A DNA stretch of 64,000 nt from Planctomycetota bacterium (GTDB lineage Bacteria; Planctomycetota; PLA2; JAEUHO01). The stretch spans positions 85,524 to 149,523 of the forward strand of contig CBDCWP010000012.1 in the NCBI GenBank assembly GCA_965223505.1. The letters are read 5' to 3'. A program made the translations under genes and the position numbers. Position 1 is the first letter of the stretch, and every line of letters starts with the position of its first letter. The notes under the pieces were generated by a model. The model saw nothing but the letters and a program-made list of their open reading frames with translations. It did not search any database and had not been told where the DNA came from. Of the stretch, positions 1-8,804 are shown one piece after another.

Positions 1-492
1 GCCGGTGCTCGCGCCGACCTCGGTCGGATCGTCGGAGCCGTCGGGATCGGTCGGCTCGGCGCCGAGTAGCTCGAGGACCTCGTCGCGCACGTCTTCCAGC
101 TTCACCTTGAGGTTGCGCAGCACCTGTGCGGCGATGCCTTCGTTCTCACGGATGAGGCCGAGGAGGAGGTGCTCGGTGCCGATGTACGTGTGACCGAGGT
201 TGCTCGCTTCCTCGAGCGAGAGTTCCAAGACCTTCTTCGCGCGCGGCGTGAAGGGCAGCTGGCCCATCGTGACCATGCTCGTGCCGTTGCTGACGAGCTT
301 CTCGACCTCTTGACGGATCTTCTTCAGGTCGATGTCGAGATTCTTGAGAACGGATGCCGCGACGCCGGACCCTTCCTGCACCAGCCCGAGGAGAATGTGC
401 TCGGTGCCGATGTAGTCGTGGTTGAACCGCTGCGCCTCTTGACGTGCGAGGCCCATGACTTTGCGTGCGCGATCGGTGAATCGGTCGAACAT
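1..492 (-). CDS. clpC: ATP-dependent Clp protease ATPase subunit ClpC, N-terminal part (runs off window start)
   Basis: Minus-strand translation from ATG at 492: MFDRFTDRARKVMGLARQEAQRFNHDYIGTEHILLGL...LPFTPRAKKVLELSLEEASNLGHTYIGTEHLLLGL, i.e. two Clp_N repeats; lies downstream of mcsA/mcsB. Not in the ORF track because it has no stop in the window. Confidence 0.95.
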   Translation of the reverse strand, partial: MFDRFTDRARKVMGLARQEAQRFNHDYIGTEHILLGLVQEGSGVAASVLKNLDIDLKKIRQEVEKLVSNGTSMVTMGQLPFTPRAKKVLELSLEEASNLGHTYIGTEHLLLGLIRENEGIAAQVLRNLKVKLEDVRDEVLELLGAEPTDPDGSDDPTEVGASTG

Positions 493-505
493 GTGATCTC
501 CGCGT

Positions 506-549
506 CCGATTGTCGCCCCGTTGGCGGGCGTCAACCGATTGTCGCCCCG
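506..549. repeat. 15-bp perfect direct repeat CCGATTGTCGCCCCG (506-520, 535-549) in the clpC leader
   Basis: Read directly; starts 14 nt upstream of the clpC ATG. Confidence 0.8.
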
Positions 550-730
550 GGGGGGGCCGGTGACCCGGTTGGAAACGACCGTTCGGGAACCAATCCCGAA
601 CAGATCGGCCGGGCGGGTCGGAGAGCCGCGTACGACGTGCCGTGATGGCAGCCGTTCACCGCTCTCCGTGCCACCCTGGCACGGGACGCCGGACTTCCAA
701 GAGCCTTTGTCGGTTGCGTACGTCCTCGAC

Positions 731-745
731 GCAGATTCCGTGCCA
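731..745 (-). promoter_or_regulatory. Putative sigma-54 (-24/-12) promoter upstream of clpC
   Basis: Minus strand TGGCACGGAATCTGC has exact GG-N10-GC spacing and is close to the TGGCACG-N4-TTGC consensus; oriented toward clpC. Confidence 0.6.
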
Positions 746-1173
746 GCGTTTCGGCTGCCTTCAGCTTGGCGCAATCTGACCGCGCGACTCGCAACGGCGT
801 CACAAACGGAGCCGCAAGTCCTTGCGCCAGCGGCGTTTTCGGGCGCGCCTGCACAATGTGCGCACAAACGCGCGGCCCGCTGCAGTCGACGCGCGCGTTG
901 CGCGCGGCTGTGTCCACTTCGGTCCACGGCGGGAACCAGGCCCGCGGCGTCGCAAGGAGCTCGGTCGGCGCGGGCGCGAGCCCGTCGAACACGCCCGGCG
1001 CCGAGGACGAACCGAGAGCCCTTCTCGGCCGCGCCCCACCCCTGGGGGGATATCGTCTGCGGACCGCGCGCGGTTACGCCGAATCGCGTTCGAATCGTGC
1101 GTGCCCGCCGGAAGACCCTCGTGGTCGCCCAACGAAGGGCGCGCCCGGTCGGGCAGCTACAAGACGAAGTCCC

Positions 1174-1440
1174 CTACGCCAAGAACCGCGCCTGCGCGAT
1201 CTCGGCCAGCGTTTCCACGTCACGCTCTTCGCAGATTCGCTCGATCAGGCCGGCATCGAGCCCGTCCTGCCGCTCCAGCAGCTCGCGCGTTCGCTTCCAC
1301 AGCTGCGCCGTGCGCTTCGGTGTGGTCGCCAGATAGATCTCCGTCACCAGCTCCGTCAACCGCTGCGCATCGATCGCGTCGCGATTCCGGTAGTAGTTGC
1401 GAATCAGCTTGCGCTGATGGGCCGAGTACTCGCGCGCCAT
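1174..1440 (-). CDS. Small helical hypothetical protein (88 aa)
   Basis: MAREYSAHQRKLIRNYYRNRDAIDAQRLTELVTEIYLA...; starts 12 nt after the mcsB stop, protein-like composition. Confidence 0.8.
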   Translation of the reverse strand: MAREYSAHQRKLIRNYYRNRDAIDAQRLTELVTEIYLATTPKRTAQLWKRTRELLERQDGLDAGLIERICEERDVETLAEIAQARFLA

Positions 1441-1452
1441 CCGAGAACCTCG

Positions 1453-2499
1453 CTACGTGATGTGCTCGCGCACGAACGTCGCCCGGCGCACGTCCCGCTC
1501 TTCCGGCTCCAACGCCCGGCCTTCGAGCTGCTGCAGGTGCGCCGGCTGCGTCAGCACGAACAGCTCGTTCACGCGCCGCAAGTCCACGCCCTGCAGGATG
1601 TCGATCACGATGCCCAGCCGCACCGACGACAGGAATTGCATCGCCTCCTCGCTCGTCAGGCAGCGCGCCGAACGCAGGATCGCCAGCGCGCGATGGCACT
1701 TGTCTTCGAGCTTCGTTCGCCCGCGCGTCGACAGCTCGCGGCGGCAGATGTCCTCGTACTCCAAGATCTTCGGGAGCATCTGGCGCAACCCGTCGAGGAT
1801 CTCGTCCTCCGTCTTGCCTAGCGTGATCTGGTTGCTGATCTGATACAGGTCGCCCGACGCCATCGTGCCTTCGCCGTAGAACCCGCGCACCGTCAGTCCC
1901 GTGCGCGACGCCGCCCGGAACACCTTCTCGATCTGCTTCAGGTGCACCAACGCGGGCAGATGCAACATCACGCTCGCACGCATGCCCGTGCCGACGTTGG
2001 TCGGACACGCCGTCAGGTATCCGTGGCGGTTCGAGGCGGCGAAGTCGAGCTCCTGCTCGAGCTGGCGGTCCACCTCGACGGCGACGCGATACGCGTCGCG
2101 CAGCGCCAGACTCGAGCGAATCGCCTGAATGCGCAGGTGGTCCTCTTCGTTGACCATCACGCTCACGACCTCGTTCGAACCAAACGCCACGCCGCGCGCG
2201 CCCTTCGAGCTCTCCAGCTCGCGGCTGATCAGGTGCCGCTCGACGAGCATCCGGCTGAAGATGCGGTCCGTGTCGTCCAGGTCGATGTAGAAGGACTTGC
2301 GGTGCAGCTTCAGGCCGGCCAACGGCCCGCGTACACGTTGCACGATCTCGCCCCGCTGTTCGTCCCCCGCCTTCCCGAGGAACGGAAAGCCGGCGAGGTT
2401 GCGCGCCAAGCGCACACGCGACGAGATCACGACGTCCGAGCGCTCGCCGGTGCCGCGCAACCACTCGCCGCCGCGTGTGTCGAGGTCGTTGAGATCCAT
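1453..2499 (-). CDS. mcsB: Protein arginine kinase McsB
   Basis: SSRVRLARNL, VNEEDHLR and GYLTACPTNVGTGMRASVMLHLP guanido-phosphotransferase motifs; lies between mcsA and clpC. Confidence 0.95.
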   Translation of the reverse strand: MDLNDLDTRGGEWLRGTGERSDVVISSRVRLARNLAGFPFLGKAGDEQRGEIVQRVRGPLAGLKLHRKSFYIDLDDTDRIFSRMLVERHLISRELESSKGARGVAFGSNEVVSVMVNEEDHLRIQAIRSSLALRDAYRVAVEVDRQLEQELDFAASNRHGYLTACPTNVGTGMRASVMLHLPALVHLKQIEKVFRAASRTGLTVRGFYGEGTMASGDLYQISNQITLGKTEDEILDGLRQMLPKILEYEDICRRELSTRGRTKLEDKCHRALAILRSARCLTSEEAMQFLSSVRLGIVIDILQGVDLRRVNELFVLTQPAHLQQLEGRALEPEERDVRRATFVREHIT

Positions 2500-2515
2500 C
2501 GTCGGTCAGGCGTCC

Positions 2516-3034
2516 TCAGTGCGCCGAAGGATCGGGCCACGACCGCTGCTCCGTCGCCGCCTTCTCGATGCCTTGAATCTCGTCCCGCAGTCGCGCCGCG
2601 TCTTCGTACTTCTCGTCCTTCACGGCGTCGCGCAGCTCGCGTCGCAGCTGCAACAACCGGTCGCCGACCGTCGTCTCGACCTCGTGTTGGCCGCGGGGCA
2701 GCCGGCCCTTGTGACGGCTCGCGCCCGCATGCATCTTCGCGAGCAAGCGAGTCAGCGCCTCGTCGAACACTTCGTAGTCCTTCGGACAGCCGAAGCGGCC
2801 CTTCGCGCGGAACTCTTCGAACGTCATGCCGCAGTGCGGACACGCGCGATCGGGCGCGGTGACGCTGCGGCTGATCGTGTCGACCATGCTCGCAACGAAC
2901 GCCTCGTTGTTCAGTCCCTGCGCCGCCGCGCAAGACTCGCAGATGTGCAACTCTTCCTTTTCGTCGTTCTGAATCTCGGTGAAGTGAATCGTGGCCGGAT
3001 TCAGATGGCAGGTCTGGCAGAGGTGCGTCGACAC
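2516..3034 (-). CDS. mcsA: McsA, McsB activator (CxxC zinc motifs plus UVR domain)
   Basis: CQTC, CESC, CPHCG..F, GRFGCPKDY and C-terminal EKYEDAARLRDEI. GTG at 3034 lies 7 nt after a TAGATT -10-like box. Confidence 0.93.
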   Translation of the reverse strand: MSTHLCQTCHLNPATIHFTEIQNDEKEELHICESCAAAQGLNNEAFVASMVDTISRSVTAPDRACPHCGMTFEEFRAKGRFGCPKDYEVFDEALTRLLAKMHAGASRHKGRLPRGQHEVETTVGDRLLQLRRELRDAVKDEKYEDAARLRDEIQGIEKAATEQRSWPDPSAH

Positions 3035-3087
3035 GTGCACGAATCTACCATGCTGCCGGCGACGGCCCGAGGTGCGCGACGGCCACG

Positions 3088-4467
3088 TTAAGGCTTTGCA
3101 GGCCGTGATTTAAGGCTCTCGATTGCCTGACGGAATCGATCGCCCCGCTCGGCGAACGACGCGTACTCGTCCAGGCTCGAGTAGCCGGGCGACAGCAGCA
3201 CGACGTCTCCGGGCGCCGCCAGGTCGCGCGCAGCGCGCACGGCCGAGCGCATGTCGTCGCTTGCCCGCGCCGTAATCGCGTTGCCGATCGCCGCCACGAG
3301 CGAAGGGCCCGTCGTCCCCAACCCGACGACCGCCTTGACGCGCTTCGACACGCCCTCCAACAGCGCGGATGGGTCCGTGCCCTTGTCCCTGCCGCCGAGC
3401 AACAGCACGACGGGCCGGTCCAGGGCTTCGAGCGCGGCCAGCGTGCTGCGCGGATTGGTCGCGTTGCTGTCGTCGACGAACAGCACGCCCTCCACCTCCG
3501 CCACCGGATTCAACCGGTGCGGCAGCGGGTCGGTGGCCAAGGCGCCCCGTTGGACAGCGTCCGGCGTCGTGCGTTCGCCTTGGGAGGCCGCCACCGCAGC
3601 GGCAAGCGCGTTGCGCAGGTTGTGGGCGCCCAGCAGTCGCCATCCGGTCAGGCTCACGGACCGCTCGTCGGGCGACGTCCAGTGCAACCGGTTGTCCGCC
3701 AACCCCAGGTTGTCGGCGTCGTAGAGCACGCGCCGCGCCGCGCCCGCCTCGTGCCATCCCGCCGCGCGCACCGCCTCGTCGTCCGACGGGAGCACGGCCA
3801 CGTCGTCCGGGCCCTGATAGTCGAGCGCTGCGCGCTTGGCCTTCGCGTAGGCCTCCATCGTCACGTGTCGGTCGAGATGATCCGGGAACAGGTTCGTCAC
3901 GAGGGTGACGTGCGGCGAGATCCGAATGCGTCGCGTCCACCAGAGCTGGAACGACGACAGCTCGAGCACGACGCGCGCGTCGGGCGAAATGTCGTCGACC
4001 CTCGCCACGAGCGGCCGTCCGATGTTGCCGCCCAGGTACACGTCGTGACCCGCCGCTCGAAGCATGTTGGCGAGCAGCGTTGCCGTCGTCGACTTGCCCT
4101 TGGTGCCCGTCACGCCGAAGACGGGCGCCTTGCAGCGGGCGAGCACGATGTTCATCTCGGTCGTGACCGGAACGGACCGTTCGCGGGCCGCCTCGATCAC
4201 CGGGTGGTCGAAGGGCATCGCGGGCGACGCGATGACCACGTCGATCCCCTCCAGCAGCGACGGGGTCTGCGGGCCGAAGCGCAACGACGCGCCTAGCGCC
4301 TCGGCCTCGTCGGCGCTTGGGCCGAGCGCGTCGCGCTGGGCCGCGTCGGAGACGACGACTCGAGCGCCTTCGTTCGCGAGGAAACGCGCCGTCTCCACGC
4401 CGCCGGCGAACCGGCCGAGTCCGAGCACCAGCGCCCGCATGTCCCGGAACGGCGAACGCTCGATCAC
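3088..4467 (-). CDS. murD: UDP-N-acetylmuramoyl-L-alanine--D-glutamate ligase
   Basis: LVLGLGRFAGG, GVTGTKGKSTT, LGGNIG, LELSSFQL, DHLDRH, DDSNATN, LLSPGYSSLDEY..FAERGDRF. GTG start overlaps the upstream stop (GTGA). The 5' part of the 927-aa ORF call is antisense shadow. Confidence 0.95.
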   Translation of the reverse strand: MIERSPFRDMRALVLGLGRFAGGVETARFLANEGARVVVSDAAQRDALGPSADEAEALGASLRFGPQTPSLLEGIDVVIASPAMPFDHPVIEAARERSVPVTTEMNIVLARCKAPVFGVTGTKGKSTTATLLANMLRAAGHDVYLGGNIGRPLVARVDDISPDARVVLELSSFQLWWTRRIRISPHVTLVTNLFPDHLDRHVTMEAYAKAKRAALDYQGPDDVAVLPSDDEAVRAAGWHEAGAARRVLYDADNLGLADNRLHWTSPDERSVSLTGWRLLGAHNLRNALAAAVAASQGERTTPDAVQRGALATDPLPHRLNPVAEVEGVLFVDDSNATNPRSTLAALEALDRPVVLLLGGRDKGTDPSALLEGVSKRVKAVVGLGTTGPSLVAAIGNAITARASDDMRSAVRAARDLAAPGDVVLLSPGYSSLDEYASFAERGDRFRQAIESLKSRPAKP

Positions 4468-4916
4468 CGGTCGAGGCGTCCCGGCGTGCCGGGTTCCTTG
4501 GCCTCGCGCTCCGCGCGCTCCCGGAACGCGCGCGCGCGATCCAACGCGCCTTGCACGTCCGTCTCCCCCGGCTCGAGCGGGATCGGCTTCATCGTGAGCA
4601 CGTGCCGGTAGTCCCGCGTCGGAACGGTCGTCTCGAAGAACAGATCGATGACCGGTGTCCCCTCCAGCCCGACGGGGACTTCGATCTCCGTGTTGATCGA
4701 CTGGTACCCCGGCTTCTCGAGCCGCACCCAGAACGTCCCCGGGTAGTCGAACGGATAGCGGATCGGGGTGGTCTGCGGTTGGCGCTCCCCGTTGATCCAC
4801 GCGGTCGCGCCCGACGGGTCGCTCTCGATGATGAGCGTGCGCTGCGTCGAACACCCGGCGGTCAGCAGCAGGACCGAGCAAACGAGCAGGGCCCGGTGGG
4901 AGAAGCACGTACGCAT
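4464..4916 (-). CDS. PEGA-domain lipoprotein
   Basis: Lipobox LTAGC followed by LIIESDPSGATAWING...TTP...VRLEKPGY (PEGA pattern). Confidence 0.85.
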   Translation of the reverse strand: MRTCFSHRALLVCSVLLLTAGCSTQRTLIIESDPSGATAWINGERQPQTTPIRYPFDYPGTFWVRLEKPGYQSINTEIEVPVGLEGTPVIDLFFETTVPTRDYRHVLTMKPIPLEPGETDVQGALDRARAFRERAEREAKEPGTPGRLDR

Positions 4917-4998
4917 TGCGCCCGATTATGCCTCGGAGTGCGCCATCGCCACGCGCGCAGGACGGAGAGCGTGACCGGCGCGGTACAATCCGCTCGAC

Positions 4999-5784
4999 AT
5001 GTCCTCGACCCGTGCAACGACCGATCTCGTCGATCTCCGCCGGCCGATCTTGGGCCAGGTCGGCGCGCTGGGGGACGCGTACGACGCGTGGGTGCACGAC
5101 GCGATCGGCGTGCGCGCCGCCAAAGACGCGAACGCGCGCGTCGCCTCGGATGCCGAAGTGCGTCAGCCGCCGCGCTGGTCGAGCTCGCTTCGCATCTTCC
5201 GCAACGACGTGCTCGAGCTGATGAGCCACATTCCGTGGTGGATCGTCCCCGTCGTGTGGGTGCCCATCGTGGCCCTGCTCTTCGGCGGCGCGATCGAGTG
5301 GCTCGGCCTGGCGCCCGGGCGGGCCGCCCTGTGGGCCGGCGTCGGCCTGGTCCTCTGGACGCTCACCGAGTACGTCCTGCACCGCTTCGTCTTCCACTAC
5401 AAGCCGCGCTCCGCCTTCGGCCGAAAGTTCCACTTCCTCGCGCACGGCATCCATCACCTCGATCCGTGGGACGGCACCCGGCTCGTGTTCCCGCCCGTCG
5501 CGGGGCTGGTCATCGCCACCGGGATCTACGGGCTGCTGCGCATCTTGCTGCCCACGCCCGAAGCGATGGCCGCGATGGCAGGCCTCTTGATCGGCTACAT
5601 GATCTACGACCTCACGCACTACTACACGCACCATGCGAGGCCGCGCTCGCGCTGGGGCAAGTTCCTCAAGCGCTACCACCTCGCGCATCACCACAAGCAC
5701 TGGGAGCGCATGTTCGGCGTGAGCCAGCCGCTGTGGGACATCGTGTTCCGCACGGGCATGCCGAAGGACGATCGCCCGGCATGA
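4999..5784 (+). CDS. Fatty acid hydroxylase / sterol desaturase family (FA2H-like)
   Basis: Four His boxes (EYVLHRFVFH, HGIHH, YDLTHYYTHH, HLAHH), TM segments, FGVSQPLWDIVF. Confidence 0.92.
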   Translation: MSSTRATTDLVDLRRPILGQVGALGDAYDAWVHDAIGVRAAKDANARVASDAEVRQPPRWSSSLRIFRNDVLELMSHIPWWIVPVVWVPIVALLFGGAIEWLGLAPGRAALWAGVGLVLWTLTEYVLHRFVFHYKPRSAFGRKFHFLAHGIHHLDPWDGTRLVFPPVAGLVIATGIYGLLRILLPTPEAMAAMAGLLIGYMIYDLTHYYTHHARPRSRWGKFLKRYHLAHHHKHWERMFGVSQPLWDIVFRTGMPKDDRPA

Positions 5785-6866
5785 AGTACGCGGTCTGGCT
5801 GATCGTGATCGGCGCGGCCGGGGTCTGGTACTTCTTTCTTCGCGACGACCCGGCGCCGCCGCCGCCCGCACGAGAAAACGCCGTCGACCGCATCGGACGC
5901 TTCCCCCGGTCGCAGTTCTACATCGAGCACGACCGGTTCCTGCCGGCCAACGAGCCGGCGACGGTGCCCGCGGCGCAAGCCTCGTTCCTACGCCACGACG
6001 ACGAGGTGTTCGGGGTGGTCGTGCGCGGACAGGCGCGCGCGTATCCGGTGACGATGATCTCGTATCACCACGTGGTGAACGACCTGATCCGCGGCATTCC
6101 GATCGCCGTCACCTACTGAGTCATCTGCTCGTCCGGGATCGGTTTCGATCCCGTCGTGAACGACCGCCGGTTGACCTTCGGCTTCGAGGGCATCTTCCAG
6201 GGGACGGCCGTGCTCTACGACCACCAGACGCGTTCGCTGTGGATGCACCTGACCGGCGAGTGCTTCGAAGGCGAGCTCGAGGGCGTGGTGCTGGAACGCA
6301 TGCCGACGGGCCGCCACACGACCTGGTCGGACTGGCGGCGCACGCACCCGGCCGGCGACGTCATGAAGCCCGATCCGCGCCTCATGGGCCGGCGCGATGA
6401 CCGCGGGTACTTCGGGCGCACGAGCGCCGCCAGCGGCTCGAGCTACCTACCGGCCGACTTCGGGCCGACGATCCAGACGCGCGACCGCCGGCTCGCGCTC
6501 TCGGATCTCGTCTACGGCATCGACGTGGGGGGCGTCACGCGCGCCTACGCGTTCCAAGACCTCGAGAAGACGCCGGTCGTCGAAGAGACCGTCAACGGGG
6601 TGCCCGTGACGATCTGGTACGACCGCGCCTCACGCTCTGCCGCGGCGTTTCGGCGCGACGTCGGCGAGCTTTCGTTCTCCTTCACGACGGACGACAACGG
6701 CGTGCGGACCGATCGGGAGACGCGAAGCGTCTGGAATATGGAAGGGGTGTGTGTCGGCGGCGCCTCCACCGACCTGCGCCTCACGCCCCTTCGCGGCTTG
6801 ATGGCGGAGTGGTACGGATGGTTCGCCAATCACCCCGAAACGTCGTTGTGGGGGCGCGACGAATGA
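5781..6866 (+). CDS. DUF3179-like membrane-anchored probable selenoprotein (TGA 6117-6119 read as Sec, UxxC), 361 aa
   Basis: MKYAVWLIVIG...ARAYPVTMISYHHVVND...IAVTY-TGA-VICSSGIGF...LYDHQTRSLW..LTGE...W.GWFANHPET in a single frame; ATGA overlaps at both ends; hairpin follows the UGA. Confidence 0.88.
6134..6153 (+). promoter_or_regulatory. Putative bacterial SECIS element
   Basis: Perfect 8-bp stem CGGGATCG/CGATCCCG with a G-initiated loop GTTT; 22 nt separate the in-frame UGA from the loop. Confidence 0.75.
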
Positions 6867-7765
6867 CGTCGCCGTTGTCGCGTCTCGTCCACAAGGTCGC
6901 GTTCGCCACCGGCTACTCGAGGCGCGCCGCAACACGCCGATCCGCGGCGCGGGTCCTGATGTTCCACGGCGTGGGCGGCGACGCGTTTCCCGCGTCGAAG
7001 CTTCGGGCGGTGCTGACCTACTGCAAGCGCAACTTCGACGTCGTGCCGCTCGGCGGGCTCGCCGAGCGCCTGCGGTCGGGCGACGGGGCGAACGCGCTCG
7101 CGTTGACGTTCGATGACGGGCTGCGCAACAACGCGACGCTCGCGGCGCCGCTGCTCGCGGAGCTGTCGTTGTCGGCGACGTTCTTCGTCTGTCCGACGCT
7201 CCTCGACGAGGGCCGATGGCTCTGGAACCACGAGGTGCGCGAACGGCTGCATTCGATGTCGGTCGCCGATCGCACCACGGTGCGCGTTCACGACATCGAA
7301 GCGGCCATCGAGCGGATGAAGGCCATGGACCTGCCCTCGCGCGAAGCCGAGGAGACCCGGATCCGCGACGCGACGCCGCATTTCGAACCCGACGCCGCGC
7401 AACGTGCCGCCTTCGACATGATGTCGTGGGACGACCTGCGGGCGCTCGATGAGCGCGTCGTCACCGTCGGGTCCCACAGCCTCAGTCATCCGATCCTGCC
7501 GACGCTCGACGACGACGGCCTCCTGCGCGAGATCCGCGACAGCCGCGCGCGGCTGGAGGCGCGGCTCGACCGCACGGTCGACCTGTTCTGCTACCCGAAC
7601 GGATCCGAGGACGACCGCGTGCGCGACTGCGTCGCCGCGCACTACCGGGCTGCCGTGACGACGGCCCCCGGGTTCGCCACCGACGGCGACGACCCGTACC
7701 GCCTGGGCCGGATCGGAGCCGTGCCCGACCTCGCCGAGCTCGCCTGGCGGCTGCACCGACCCTGA
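6863..7765 (+). CDS. Polysaccharide deacetylase (CE4/NodB family)
   Basis: VLMFHGV, LTFDDG, GSHSLSHP, FCYPNG; ATG overlaps the upstream stop. Confidence 0.92.
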   Translation: MTSPLSRLVHKVAFATGYSRRAATRRSAARVLMFHGVGGDAFPASKLRAVLTYCKRNFDVVPLGGLAERLRSGDGANALALTFDDGLRNNATLAAPLLAELSLSATFFVCPTLLDEGRWLWNHEVRERLHSMSVADRTTVRVHDIEAAIERMKAMDLPSREAEETRIRDATPHFEPDAAQRAAFDMMSWDDLRALDERVVTVGSHSLSHPILPTLDDDGLLREIRDSRARLEARLDRTVDLFCYPNGSEDDRVRDCVAAHYRAAVTTAPGFATDGDDPYRLGRIGAVPDLAELAWRLHRP

Positions 7766-7861
7766 CACCGACCAAACGGCCCCCAGGCTCGGGGAGTTCG
7801 CCGTCCGGTGTTTCGGGATAATGACCGATTGCCATGGCAGAGGCTCTTGGGAGGCAGGTCG

Positions 7862-8776
7862 ATGGCCGGTTGGAAGCGTCGTTCGTTGGTCCTCGTCTCG
7901 CTGCTGTGCACGGCATGCGCTGCGAACACCGGTGCCGGGACGCCGCCGGGACAGGTTCCGCCGCCGCCGCCCGGCCCGTCGCTCTCGATCACCAGCTCCG
8001 TCGGGTTGCCCCAACGCGTCGTGACACCCGCGCCGGCGCAGCCGCCCGCGGCGGCCATCACGACGTCGGAGATCGGCAGTCCCGACGGACACCCCGAGGT
8101 CGCCCCGCCGCCCACGCCTGCGGTGGAGCCCGAAACGCCGGTCGTCGCGGAGGCGAAGCCGGCCCAGCTGCCGCCGAAGGAGTTCGTCTTTCGCCTCGAG
8201 GTCGGCGACGAGCTCGAGATCAAGGTCTGGCAGGAGCCCGAGCTCACGTCGCAGCAGCGCATCCTGCGTGACGGCACCATCTCGCCCGCGTTGCTCAAGC
8301 CGATGAAGGCGGTCGGCAAGTCGATCCACGAATTGCACGACGAGCTCACCCTCGCGTACCGCGAGTACATCAACGATCCGCGCGTCTCCGTCCGCATGGT
8401 GGACGTCTACCGCGACCGCGTCTTCTTCCTCGGCGAGGTGAAGACGCCGAGCGCGCATCAGATCATCGGGCCGACGACGCTGCTGCAAGGCGTCGCGTTG
8501 GCCGGCGGCTTCAACGAAGGCCTGGCCGACAAGGCGACCGTGCGCATCGTTCGCACCCAGCGCGACGGCCGATCGCGGGTCTTCACCGTCAACACCGACC
8601 GGATCATGCGCGGCAACGGGCGGCGCGTGATGCTGGAGCCCGGCGACATCGTGTACGTGCATCCGACGGGGCTCACGGACTGGTCGCGCCGCTTCACGCA
8701 GCTGCTGTCGCCCCTGGGCGATCTGCTCGGGACGGCGGCCAGCGCGGCGGCGATCGCCGTCGCCATCAACGACTGA
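7862..8776 (+). CDS. wza: Polysaccharide export lipoprotein (Wza/OPX family)
   Basis: GGAGG RBS, signal peptide with Cys, Pro-rich linker, FRLEVGDELEIKVW..DGTIS (Poly_export), SLBB segment GEVKTP...ALAGGF, LEPGDIVYV. Confidence 0.88.
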   Translation: MAGWKRRSLVLVSLLCTACAANTGAGTPPGQVPPPPPGPSLSITSSVGLPQRVVTPAPAQPPAAAITTSEIGSPDGHPEVAPPPTPAVEPETPVVAEAKPAQLPPKEFVFRLEVGDELEIKVWQEPELTSQQRILRDGTISPALLKPMKAVGKSIHELHDELTLAYREYINDPRVSVRMVDVYRDRVFFLGEVKTPSAHQIIGPTTLLQGVALAGGFNEGLADKATVRIVRTQRDGRSRVFTVNTDRIMRGNGRRVMLEPGDIVYVHPTGLTDWSRRFTQLLSPLGDLLGTAASAAAIAVAIND

Positions 8777-8804
8777 CCGAACGGTCCGGCGGGGGAGCGC
8801 GACC

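Noticed and set aside
813..829. Second sigma-54 promoter TGGCGCAAGGACTTGC (minus strand)
   Set aside because: Spacing is GG-N11-GC, one base too long.
531..1132. ORFs in the clpC upstream gap (531-992, 800-1132)
   Set aside because: No motifs, poor codon bias, and they overlap apparent regulatory repeats.
6117..6119. In-frame TGA as a nonsense mutation or alternative genetic code
   Set aside because: It falls at the first Cys of a CxxC motif and is followed by a SECIS-like hairpin; TGA is a normal stop in many other genes here.
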